DNA of 64,000 nt, from positions 7,502,001-7,566,000 of the forward strand of contig NW_027361772.1 of NCBI RefSeq assembly GCF_039654945.1, given 5' to 3'. Positions 25,241 to 37,484 of this stretch are shown piece after piece; position 1 is the stretch's first letter; each line of letters starts with the position of its first letter. This DNA is from Dendrobates tinctorius (Eukaryota). The notes beneath the pieces were generated by a model that was not told where the DNA came from, ran no database searches, and saw only the letters and a list, made by a program, of their open reading frames with translations. Both the position numbers and the translations under genes were made by a program.

Positions 25241-25554
25241 TATATACATAGGGGGCAGTGGGGATTTCATACTATTTACAGGGAGCAGTGGGGACCTTCA
25301 TACTATATTTATGGGCAATGGGAACATCTTATTTTATATAGGGGCTATGTAGCCATTTTACCATATATAGGGAGATCCAGGGTCCTCAATGTATAATAAA
25401 GGGCTTTGGGGACCATCGTATTGTGTTTTGTGTTATGTAGGGCCTTCATTCTATATTTTCAGAGGTTTGTGGGCAATCAGAGGACATTATTTGTTATAAA
25501 TGGGGACATTATTAGTTAGTGATAGGGGCACCCAGGTTCCATTATTTTTTCTTA

Positions 25555-27030
25555 AGGCTCGGTTCTCCTCCCATATCTCTGTAGTAAGCACCGTTCTGCT
25601 CCTATACTTCTATAGTAAGCTCGGTTATGCTCCCATATCTCTGTAGCAAGCTCCGTTCTGCTCCCATATGTCTGTAGTAAGCTCCGTTTTGCTCCTATAT
25701 TTCTGTAGTAAGCTCAGTTCTGCTCCCATATCTCTGTAGTAGGCTTGGATCTGTTCCCATATCTCTGTAGTAAGCTTGGTTCTGCTCCCATATCTCTGCA
25801 GTAAGCTCTGTTCTGCTCCAATATCTCTGTAGTAAGCTCGGTTCTGCTCCCATATCTCTGGAGTAAGCTCTGTTCTGCTCCCATATCTCTATAGTAAGCT
25901 TGGTTCTGCTCCCATATCTCTATAGTAAGCTTGGTTCTGCTCCAAATCTCTGTAGGTAGCTAGGTTCTGCTCCCTTATCTTTGTAGTAAGCTTGGTTCTG
26001 CTCCCATACCACGGTAGTAATCTCGGTTCTGCTCTCATATCTCAGTAATAAGCTCGGTTTTGCACCCATATATCTGTAGTATGCTCCTTTCTGCTCCCAT
26101 ATCTCTGGAGTATTCTCCATTCTGATCTATATCTCCGCAGTAAGCTTGGTTCTGCTCCCATATCTTTGTTGTAAGCTCAGTTCTGCTCCCATAGCTCTAT
26201 AGTAAGCACTGTTCTACTCCCATATCTCTGTAGTAAGCTCCGTTCTACTCCCATATCTCTGTAGTAAGCTCAGTTCTGCTCCTATATCTCTGTAGTAAGC
26301 TCGGTTCTGCTGCCATATCTTTGTAGTAAGCTCTGTTCTGCTCCCATATCTCTGTAGTAAGCTCGGTTCTGCTCCCATATCTCTGTAGTAAGCTCAATTC
26401 TGCTGCCATATCTCTGTAGTAAGCTTGGTTCTACTCCCATATGTCTGTAGTAAGCTCGGTTCTGCTGCCATATCTCTGTAGTAAGCTCTTTTCTGCTTCC
26501 ATATCTCTGTAGTAAGCTTGGTTCTGCTCCCATATCTCTGTAGCAAGCTCTGTTCTGCTCCCATATCTCTGTAGTAAGCTCGGTTCTGCTCCCATATCTC
26601 TGTAGTAAGCTCGGTTCTGCTTCCATATCTCTATAGTAAGCTTGGTTCTGCTCCCATATCTCTGTAGAAAGCTCGGTTCTGCTCCCATATCTCTGTAGTA
26701 AGCTTGGTTCTGCTCCCGTATCTCTGTAGTAAGCTCGGTTTTACTCCCATATCTCTGTAGTAAGCTCGGTTCTGCTCCCATATCTCTGTAGTAAGCTTGG
26801 ATCTGCTCCCATATCTCTGTAGTAAGCTTGATTATGCTCCCATATCTCTGTAGTAAGCTTGGTTCTGCTCCCATATCTCTGTAGTAAGCTCCAGTCTGTT
26901 TCCTTATCTACTTAACAATCTTGGTTCCGGTCTCGTGTCTATGTAGTCAGCTTGCTTCTGTTACAGTATCTATGTAGGCAGTAAGCTTGGTTCTGCTTCC
27001 ATATATATGAAGCTAGCTCCGTTCTGTTCC
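25555..27030. repeat. 31-bp minisatellite (CATATCTCTGTAGTAAGCTCGGTTCTGCTCC)
   Basis: More than 40 tandem units. Confidence 0.95.
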
Positions 27031-27474
27031 CATAATTATGTACCACCCTGTTTTTAAAGCCTGTTATCTCTGCTTCTTTAATGCAGCGGCCAAAGATAAG
27101 CAGGGCAAAAGCACCGCAACTGGAGGGCCACTGCCTTGTGATTGCCCCCCAGGCTGAAAAGTGCCAGCCAGCCCCTGCCCCAGTGTATGTGCTGCTGTGC
27201 TCCTGGGCAGCTCGTTACTTGAAAACGGAGCCTTCTATCAGTTTAGCATGGACCCTGGAAGTCTCTGTGCTATAGGGACTGATACCCTGCCTCATGCAGC
27301 TTGTCTTGGCAGGGAGAGCACATTCCTCTCCTATGCCTGCGGATCTCCAACATGTTACCTCTTCCTAAATGGTCTCTGCTCAGAACATTGCAACCTCTCA
27401 GAAGCACCTCCTCCCCCCTGAGGGATTGTGCACACTTTCTGGTTCAGGCAAAACTGCACAATCTTCCAGAGTAA

Positions 27475-27841
27475 GGCTGTGTGCACATGCTGCGGAATCT
27501 GCTGCGGATTGATCAGCGCGGATTTTCAAAATCTGCAGATAAATCCACAGGTCTTTTGACCTGCGGATTAGCCTGCGGTTTTGCCCTGCGGTTTTACCAT
27601 CTCCACAATGGAGGAGATGGTAAACCGCTGCGGAATCCGCAGAAAGAATTGACATGCAATTCTTTCTGCGGTTTAGAAACCGCAGCAAAATCCGCGCGGA
27701 CAATTCAGCAGCATCTGCACTGTGGTTTCCTTTTCCCATAGGGAATCATGGTACTGTACACTGCAGCAGAAACTGCTGCGGATCCGCAGGGCCAAATCCG
27801 CTGCGGATCCGCAGCAGAATCCGCAGCGTGTGCACACAGCC
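27475..27841. mobile_element. PIF/Harbinger MITE (CCGCAG family)
   Basis: TIR GGCTGTGTGCACA..TGTGCACACAGCC with TAA TSD; relative at 34555-34881 (TTA TSD). Confidence 0.85.
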
Positions 27842-28733
27842 TAAGGGATCAGGTAAAATGTGTGGATGCAGTTTTCCCATCCCTCACTATAGCTGGCAGT
27901 ACATATATAAGTATATTACACATGCAGGCACGAGTGCCACACATACAGCTAGGTATTTAGTCTAAATTTTGGACTTATTTCTTGCCAATGTTTTTCCTTA
28001 TCTAGTTTATTTTGTCATTACAATGGAGGTTGGGGGTTTCTTTTTTTGCCTTTTACATCAGTAACTTTGGTCCAATTATAGATCATAATTACTATCTATA
28101 TTTTCTGATATTTCTCTTTTAGTCTGATCTTTCCCTACTACTGTGCATTTATCTTTTGCATATATTCATAATTAAGTTTATTTATGTTTTATACTTGTTT
28201 GCCCCTATTTTTTCTTGCTTTCTATCAAATATATCACTTACATTGTTGTCATCATCTCAATTACAAACTCATTGTTTTTTTAAGTGTGTTTCTTTAATAT
28301 AACAATTCCATATATTAACACTGTACAGTATATTTTAATTAATGTTTTTATTAATGCATCCTGAAATAGTATAAAAGCAGCATTTTTTTTCATAAAATAA
28401 TAAATTACAAATTATAGACAAAATACAAAACGGAAAAAAATATAAACTTTTATGTAATATAAAATAATAATATTAAATATAGCTTTACACAATATATTAA
28501 CTCTTCATGGAGCTACTGATCTCTTCTCTCACTGAGAAATGAAACTTTATGAAAGTGTTTATTAATACAACAGATTCTGTTATTTCTAAGGACGCTTTGT
28601 ACGGTTTTTCTCTATGAGCGAGACACTAAGGTGAAATTTATGTAAAATTTTCATTCAGTCGTTCATTATTTTCAGGACGATGTTGGGGGAAATTTTACAA
28701 ATGTCTCAAAATTGTGGCCAGAAGTGTTGGTAT

Positions 28734-28872
28734 GGGCAGGGTCCTCTCTCCTCCTGTACCAGTTATGACTTGTATTGTTCAACATTATTGTACTTGTTTT
28801 TATGTATACCCCTTTCTACATGTAAAGCGCCATGGAATAAATGGCGCTATAACAATAAATAATAATAATAAT
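28734..28872 (+). mobile_element. L2 LINE 3' tail inserted antisense into the il1b copy B 3'UTR
   Basis: Absent from copy A at the matching site (about 10646). Matches the L2 3' end at 50782-50930, with stem-loop AGCGCCAT..ATGGCGCT and an (AAT)n tail. Confidence 0.85.
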
Positions 28873-28937
28873 ATACAGATTGAAAGAATTAATTACAATA
28901 TGTACACGGTACATATACACAATGGTTGGATCGCAAA

Positions 28938-31900
28938 CTATAAATTTGGATTCATTATGAAATCTTGCAGGAAGGTTTGATTGTTCTCCGGGATTAATTG
29001 CACCGGCTGCCGCTCTTGCTGAGATGTGCTGATATAGTAGCCCGGGAAGGCGGCGGATTCAAAGGAGTTGTACCTAGTGCTGCTCGCTTTCTTGTAGAAG
29101 ATGAAGGGTAACAAGTCATCGCTCTGTTTTTGTTTAATGTCGGCCACTTCCTAAAGGAAAGACACAAAAGAGAAATTTAGGAAACTCCAGGAATAAAGAC
29201 ATTCACCAAATATCTAAAAAGAAATGTAATTGAAGGGATCCCTAATTCATATAGCGAGACAGGAAGTGTAAAGTCCGCCATACACATCACATGGTTCGGC
29301 CGATCATCCGTCCACACAAGGGATCGCTTGTTCGGTTAAGAGCTCCTGTGTTCTCTGAGTCCCGCCACCAGACATGATTGTTGGAGACTTATCTCCAGGA
29401 GAACAAAAGGATCGCCAGATTGAATTCAGACGTGCCGGATCCTTAACTTTCCCGGCAATCAATTGTCTAAGACTACTGTGCATATTAGAGTGTTGACCAA
29501 AACCATTGTTATCGACAGAATAGGCTATGTGTATGGGGAGGCTCAACACCTTTGACATTTTTTTCTCCCCAATCTAATAACAATGTAGACATCACCAAAC
29601 ACCCAGCCCAAGAAGGTCAAAGCTCAAATCTAAACTAAGTTGAAATTTTATGGATTAATATTTTGCATGCTAGTCTTGAACCTAAAGCCTGTCGGAGTAA
29701 GGGTATGTTTCCATGTTCCATTTAGGCAGCACTTTGGACGCAGCTCCGTCCAAAGCGTTGCCGGCTTTTGTATGCCCGGTGATTCCGCATGTATTAATTG
29801 CACCACGCGGAATCACCGCATCCAATACATAGATGGTGATATTTAACTTGCGGAGACTGAGCGTCTCCGCACGATAAATAGACATGCTGCTGTCTATAAG
29901 GTTGCACCGCATGTCCGGTTACGCAGGTCTGCCACCTGCGTCTTTGAATGCATAGTGGAGATGGGATTTCATAAAGTCCCCTCCACTATGCTGTAACATC
30001 TGGCCGCTGCGGATTGGAAGCTGCAGCTGTACGCAGCATCCAATCCGCAGCAAATACTGAACACGGAAACATGCCCTAAGATCTGCCAAATTTGATAAGA
30101 AGTACATTTTTTGGGCTGCCCATGTGCCGTAAGATAAAATCTTTGACAATCCCAATTTGGCATTGATTTCAGCTGCAATGTACACTAATTTATGGCATTC
30201 ATTATACTAAAGTTGTCTTGCGGTGATAGGTCATGATGCCTTTTTGAACATGTTTCACTACTGGGGCCAAAGAGCAAAAAGCCACCATAGGTCAAGTGTG
30301 ACAACTTTTGCATTTTGGACATCATTTTTGTCCCCAAGTGTCCAGCTTGTGGCTCCAGAATATCTGTTACTACATTTACTAAAGCATTTTTCCCAACAAT
30401 GAATGTTATCACATATATATGGATAAGGTAATGAACTGCTGATCATTGTGAGACTGAGACCTCCACTAATCCCAAGAACAGAGCTCTGAAATGCTCCATT
30501 ATAATGAAGCCATGACTGGATTTTCCCATAGACAATGAATGGAGGGATGTACTGACCTTTAGGCTTAGGACGGGATCTGTCGTACCCTCTTCAGGAGTGC
30601 AGCACAAATAAAGTTGGCGTCCCGCAATACCCAATGTGACTGGACGCTTCTCTAGATCAGGTTTTGCTGTAAAGTAGGTGCCCACATTTATTTTTGCTGC
30701 AAGAGAAGCCAAAGTGTTAAAATCACGCAATATTTTAGACGCAAATATTTTGTGAAATACATTATTTTTTAGAATACAAAATTAATATCTGTAAGTAAAG
30801 CCTTACCTTCTTGCTGAATATTCTGCCCTTGTAAAAACAAGGCCAAAAGACGGGCATTGCCTTGGAATTCTTGCAGAGTTAAGCATTTCTGTCTTTGGTC
30901 ACGAATAACGTGCACTGTCGTCTTATTGTACAGAAATTGAGTGCTGACTGCATTTTGCGTTTCAACTGAACTGCAAGTGATGTCTTCTGTTATAAGAAAA
31001 AATGAAACAAGTATTTAATTTTATCAGTAATTCATGCACCGATATATCGACGACATCTCTCTCTGATAAGAGTTACAACTTGGTAGTGGAGAAAATGCAA
31101 CATATCAAAATGATTGTGAACTAAATACATAGCAATTGTTACTATCATAAGTATGCATTTATCTTATATGTTAACAACCTAGAATTTAAAAAAAAATACT
31201 TTTACATAGGGTGCAATGAAATCAGTTGGCAATACGTCATTATTGTTTTACCTTAATAAGACCCTTATTTATTAAAAGGGACGTGTCATTTCCCATAAAT
31301 GTGTAACTTTTTTTAACTGGAATAAATTCTGCTGTTCTCCTGAATCTGGCGATGTTCCTCTTTTGTTTCTGTGCCTCCCCATTCCTGAGATATGGCCCTC
31401 TCTTCCCTGTAGGTAAATTTAGTCTTGTTAGCTAACTGGGCGTGGTCTCCCACAGAGAAGAGTTCCTGACCACACCCACTCTGATAACAAGGCTCGATTT
31501 ACATACAAGGAAGAAGGGGCTGTATCTCAGGAATGAAGCAGCGCAGGAGCAAAGGGAAAACAACGCCGGATTCAGGGGAAAAGCGACATTTACATAAAGT
31601 AAAAAAATGACATATTATCGGTAAGGTAATTTTTGAATAATTGTGAATGATCTTACCATGCACAAGGATGTGATTCAACAGGTCATCATCATTGAAAAAG
31701 CTCAACTTATCAATTCCTTTTATTCCCTTCAGCTTTTCCACCACTACCACAAGCATTACGACTTTCTTGAAGCAGCTCATTGGTTTTTCGGGCTTTCTTA
31801 TCTCAGGCTTTATTTGAGGAAGATAAGTTGACCAACATTCCTCATGGTGTTTCCATTGTAGATGCTTCTTATTGGTCTGGAGAGAAAAAAATTACAGGTT

Positions 31901-33066
31901 TGTTATTGGAATGGTCCTTAAAGATCTGTTGTCCGCATAGGAACTGTTTTAGTTCTTGAACATTCGACACCGGCAAAATGAAAAATTTATTATGATCAAT
32001 GCAAAAATATCGTCTGTGGAAGAGAGCATAGATGATATTATTGGATGTATCTGTACATTTATTAATTTTAATAAATTGTCCATTAACATATTGCATTCTT
32101 CTCTAGGATATTTTTCAGAACCTAGTGCATGAGAAAAGTGTAGCGGTTGTCCGTAGCGGCCAATCAAATTGCCAATTTTATTTTTTCAAGGGGAAATTAA
32201 AATATGAGAGATCCAAGCTGATTCCCTATGCACTAGTGTTGATACATTTTTATTAATGGGTTATCAGAACGCAGGAACACTTTCAAAAGTACAATGGCTG
32301 TGGCCGATTACGGCAGATCCTTCCCGTATGGGTGTGGGTGTGGATCTGTAGTACCCCAACGCGGCCACTATGGAGGTAATGGAGCTGCTGTGTTTCCTCA
32401 GTCTCCGAAAACTTCCTACCGGACGTCACACCCCCATCGATCAGAGATCGATATCCTATTCTAAGGATGGTCTATCAATAAATAAATGTAGTGGCCAAAC
32501 CCTTAAATCGTCTAAAGTTTTACAAAATTGCTGCAACAATGCAAAAAATTTTTATTTTAGTATCAACTTTTCATTTCAAACACTTTTTACTCAATAAAAA
32601 ATAATCCTCAGTAAACTAAAATATAAAATCAAATGTCCATTACCTTCGCTTTGATGGATACTTCATCAGTGTAAAAGTCTTCCACATGCTCACTGCAAGG
32701 AAAAGGCAATAAAACATTGTGATGTAAGACCTGATTATTCTGTAGCCCGAAGCCTCCAAAATTCTTTAGAACTTAACTAATATTTCTCTGTGTAACATGT
32801 ATATTAGATATAACATCTTTTACATCTTTTCACCCTGTACAAATGACGGATTTTCTGTTTTTTTTTATAATTTTTTTTTTATTCTTTTTTTAAATTATGT
32901 AAAGCATGTGTGTTATGTTACATCACGGTGATATTCTCTCCTATAGTTATTACGGCAGCACACTGAGCGCTCTGCATAGCCCTGTGCATATCCTAATACA
33001 AGCCCCGACCTTCTTTTATTACCTGTACTCCATTGAAATGTCATTATATTCTGGGACTTCTGCCAT
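28938..33066 (-). CDS. il1b: Interleukin-1 beta, copy B (281 aa). Coding exons 33066-33023, 32692-32644, 31876-31657, 30986-30807, 30696-30557, 29150-28938; non-coding exon 1 ends at 33177
   Basis: Same exon sizes as copy A (44, 49, 220, 180, 140, 213 nt), GT-AG junctions, open frame MAEVPEYNDISMEYS...FESAAFPGYYISTS...MNPNL*; 20 aa differ from copy A. Confidence 0.95.
29701..30076. mobile_element. PIF/Harbinger MITE in il1b copy B intron 6
   Basis: TIR GGGTATGTTTCC..GGAAACATGCCC with TAA TSD; empty site in copy A (GGAGTAAGATGCC, about 11548-11560). Confidence 0.9.
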
Positions 33067-33271
33067 TATGTCTGTAGAGATAAATATACAACATAAATAT
33101 ATAGGGAATAGATCCAGACCGACACAAATATGTCTAGGTGACACATAAAACGCGCAATAAGGAAAAATGATAATACCTTAAAAAGAAAAGCTGTAGAAAA
33201 TAAGAAGTCCTGGAGACGTCCTGATTCCTGTGTGCTCGTAGCTACTGATCTGCCTGCAGACGGGCGGCTGC

Positions 33272-33437
33272 TTTTATAGACAGGCGACTGCTCAGGATCT
33301 TACACAATACCGGGGTTTTTCCCGGCTTCCTTTTTTTCTTTTTTGTCATTGTGCTATTTATTCTTCTCCCTTGTATTTAGAGAACTGGATTTTCAAGATA
33401 CCACATGTACATGTAGATTTCACCAGTGGGGTTTCCT
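33272..33437 (-). promoter_or_regulatory. il1b copy B proximal promoter: TATA (33272-33278), C/EBP (33299-33307), NF-kB-like sites (33312-33323, about 33427-33436), ETS/PU.1-like site (33325-33335)
   Basis: Motifs paralogous to copy A; minus strand AAAAAGGAAG carries a GGAA core. Confidence 0.8.
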
Positions 33438-33451
33438 TAGTTTCGGACTAA

Positions 33452-34266
33452 GGGTACCGTTACACTTAGGCTGGTTTCACACTTGCGTTTTTTTGCGCTG
33501 CTTTTTAGCGCAAAAAAGCAGGCGTTTTTCCCGCTATACTTTAACATATGTGCGCATACATATGCGCACGTACACGTTTGTATGCGCCTGCGTTTTTTTG
33601 CAGTGTGCGCTCGGGCGCACAAAATGCTTCCGGTTGCATTTTTTGTGCGTCCGACTTGCCCCAAAAAAACGCATGCGCACGCAATGCGTTTTTTTTTTTT
33701 TTTTTACAGCAAAACACCCATTAAAGTCTATGGGTGCACGTATGGGTGCGCGTATGCGCAAAAAAAGCATGCATTTTTTTTTAAGAAAGGCACCAAAACC
33801 CGCAAAAAATGCACACAAACGCATGATGCGTTTTTTTCATGCGTTTGTGTGTGCAAAAAGCACGCAGCAAAAAAACGCAAGTGTGAAAGTAGCCTTAGCG
33901 ATGCACCAGCGATCCCGACAACGATATGACGCGGTCAGGATCGCTGGTGCACCGCTAAGTGGTCGCTAGTGAGCTGCCACACAGGCAGATCTCACCAGCG
34001 ACATAGCAGCGGTCGGGGGTCGCTACTTACCTGTCAGACGAGACGATCCTGACGTCCTCCCGCCCGCGTCCACGCGTCGCCACAGCAGGAAGCTGACGAC
34101 GAGAAATGGTCCAGGACGTTCTCGCGCGATCAGCGATAACCAGCGGGGGAGCGGTCGGAGGTAAGTATCAGACACAGCGATATCGCTAGCAATATCGCTG
34201 CTGCGTCACAAAACCAGTGACGTTATAGAGATATTGCTAGCGATATCGCTATGTGTAACGGGCCCT
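33452..34266. mobile_element. PIF/Harbinger MITE containing a nested second MITE (33469-33894), upstream of the copy B promoter
   Basis: Outer TIR GGGTACCGTTACAC/GTGTAACGGGCCCT with TAA TSD; inner GGCTGGTTTCACACTTGCG/CGCAAGTGTGAAAGTAGCC with TTA TSD; copy A site is empty (GGGATCATGCCCTTCAC). Confidence 0.9.
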
Positions 34267-35769
34267 TAATGCCCTTCACAATAAAGCAGGCACAGGTAGA
34301 ATAATAGAGACCGATTCCCTTCACAATAAACCCTCACCCTAATTGACCTCCAGCAACTCCTAATCAGACGCGTCCCCGATCTCTGATGGTATTTACTTCC
34401 TAGCGTCATCTCAAAAGACTATGGGGCTTGTTCACGCACTGATTTTTTGCAACTGTTCTTTCAGTGTTTTTTTTCAGTGTTTTCTTTTTTAGTGGTTTTT
34501 TTTCAGTATTTTTTTTTCAGTGTGTTTTTGTACTTAAGAAAATGCAGTGTTTTAGGCTATGTGCACACGTTGCAGATTCTGCTGCAGATCCGCAGCAGCT
34601 TCTGCTGCGTTGTACAGTACCATTTAAGTCTATGGAAAATGAAAAACGCAGTGCACACGTTGCGGATTTTTCAGCGGTTTTAAATCCACAGCATGTCACT
34701 TCTTCATGCAGACTCCGCAGTGGTTTGACACCTGCTCCATTACAGGTGTCAAACCGCAGGGGAAAACCGCAGGCTAATCTGCACTAAATCCGCAGGTAAA
34801 ACGCAGGTCATTTGACCTGCGGATTTAGCCAAATCTGCGAGGAATAATCCGCAGTAGAATCCGCAACGTGTGCACACACCCTTACAGTACCAGGAAAAAT
34901 GACTGAGATTTCTGAAACCTCGTGCACATTATGCTTTTTTCTTCTTACGTTGTGTATTTTACCATGCGTCTTTTCAGATCTGCAGCATGTCGATTCTTTC
35001 AGCGTTTTTCACCCATTCAAATGAATTGCTAAAAAAATGCGCAATAAAAAAGCATAAAAAATGGAATTGAAAAATGTGTGCATTATACTCTGCGTTTTTC
35101 CTGCCAAGAGACGTGTTTTTTGAATGCAGAAATATCCACTGCAAAGACTCAACGTCTGCACATACCCAATGAGTGGCCAGAAATTTACTTAAAGGCTTTT
35201 CCCAATTGTTCTTTACTCACCCTTCCCTGGTCCAGTGACTGGTTTCCACTGCTGCTCCTGATACTGTTATTGTGTGCAGTACTGACATGAGGCTGACGGC
35301 GCTGCAGCCAATCGCTGAGCTCAGCAGCTCTAAGGGTTTGTGCCTGTGCGCTGAGCTCGGTGATTGTCTGCAGCGCTATCAACGTGATATTATTGTGTAA
35401 TCTAAATGACGGAGGAATAATAGGACTAAGGCCTCATTCAGACTTCCGATGAATACGTACTTGTTCTATCACCATAGTACATGTATGTACATAGTATTGG
35501 TATATATGTATATTCCAAAGTGTTTTTGTAGCCTCAGAAGACTTTCACCGGCACTTCACAGAAACTTTCCTACAATGTATGGGATAACTCTTGTAGTGTT
35601 TGTGTCATATGCGCGCCTGAGGAAAGAAAGGAAGAGCAGTGAGTGAGTAACCAGATTCCAGGCAGGGAGGTATTTTGCCCCAGGTAATAGAGACGCAATC
35701 CTCCTTAGTGCAGCTGTCAGTGAGGACAAAGCTTTATATTGGGCACTAAATATGGAGCACTGTATTATA

Positions 35770-36040
35770 CTACTCTTGAGGAGTGGCCCAAAATACCTGT
35801 GGAGAGGCGCAGACGTCTCATTGACAGTTACAGGAATCGTTTGATTGAAGTGATTGCCTTAAAAGGTTGTGCAACAAAAGTTAAGGGTCCCATCATTTCT
35901 GTCCTGGCCTGTTTCCTGAGTTTTATTTTTTTACAAATTCTGTGGAAGCATGGTTGAAAAGCAATGTCTGACTTTCATTTGTTCATTTTTATAGATTTTT
36001 GATTTATTATTACTTTTGTCAGATTCAAGTTATTTCTGTG
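35770..36040 (+). mobile_element. Tc1 transposase C-terminal fragment
   Basis: EEWPKIPVERRRRLIDSYRNRLIEVIALKGCATK is a typical Tc1 C-terminus. Confidence 0.75.
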
Positions 36041-36042
36041 AC

Positions 36043-36742
36043 CATATTATACTACTATTTATGGCACGACTTTATATGGAGCACTATATTATACTACTAT
36101 TTATGGCACCACTTTATATGGCGCACTATATTATACTACTATTTATGGCACCACATTATATGGAGCACTATATTATACTACTATTTATGGCACCACTTTA
36201 TATGGAGCACTATATTATACTGCTATTTACAGCACCACTTTATAAGGAGCACTATATTATACTACTATTTATGGCACCACTTTATATGGAGCACTATGTT
36301 ATACTACTATTTACGGCACCACTTTATATGGAGCACTATGTTATACTACTATTTACGGCACCACTTTATATGGAGCACTATATTATACTACTATTTATGG
36401 CACCACTTTATATGGAGCACTATGTTATACTACTATTTACGGCACCACTTTATATGGAGCACTATATTATACTACTATTTACAGCACCACTTTATATGGA
36501 GCACTATGTTATACTACTATTTACGGCACCACTTTATATGGAGCACTATATTATACTACTATTTACGGCACCACTTTATATGGAGCACTATATTATACTA
36601 CTATTTATGGCACCACTTTATAAGGAGCACTATATTATACTACTATTTATGGCACCACTTTATATGGAGCACTATGTTATACTACTATTTACGGCACCAC
36701 TTTATATGGAGCACTATATTATACAACTATTTATTGGACCAC
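36043..36742. repeat. 42-bp minisatellite (ATGGCACCACTTTATATGGAGCACTATATTATACTACTATTT)
   Basis: About 16 tandem units. Confidence 0.95.
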
Positions 36743-37484
36743 TATTTGACATTATTAAAGGGGGCTCCAGGATTTGGGTCTTGTGAACATAATCAGGATG
36801 TGCTGGGATAAAGTGGAGCCTAATATGTCTGTGCATCAAAATCCGCAAAGACAAGTCATAGGTGAAAGACGTCTTCATGATGGTCTGGGTTGGACGGAGA
36901 AGACTGGTAAAGCAAACAAAAAAATTCATTGAATCAATCACCTTTAAATCTTTGGATCTATAGGGGGTTATAATAACTTTTTTTTTTTAAGGGCTGCCTA
37001 GTATAAAAATAAAAAAAGTAACACCCTCAATGATCCCCTGCAGATCCCATCCCGACATATGTCCAGTCCTTCACTTTCTGCTCCATTTGGAAACACTGGT
37101 TGAGGCCATTTCCTGTGTCCAGATGGAACCAGAAATTAGAGACTAGTAGAGATTGACAAACATCAGAACAGAAGATGTGGGGAGTCTGAACAGAAGCAGT
37201 TGAGTCTCAAAATGATTTCTGATTTATTGGCGGAACAGCATGGTTTTTATTTTATAGAGAAAATTAAGTCTTTTCCACTTACATTACGTCACTTGTGTTT
37301 TTCCATCTAAAATTATTGCAAGTCATTGTAGATTACGCATGTTCTATGTCATTATCTTCATTGCTATCAGAAACATTACGTTATTGGTTAATCGAAACCG
37401 TCTCTCACGGATCATATCGATCTTTTGGTTGTTATAGGGAATATTAAAACTTCATTCTCTATCTAATAAAAACACAGTTAATGC

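Noticed and set aside
10713-33066. One copy being IL1RN, IL-1alpha or IL-18
   Set aside because: Both have the MAE(I/V)PE pro-domain and IL1B exon structure and are about 93% identical to each other.
35999-36811. 256-270-aa Tyr/His-rich ORFs
   Set aside because: 42-bp minisatellite artefact.
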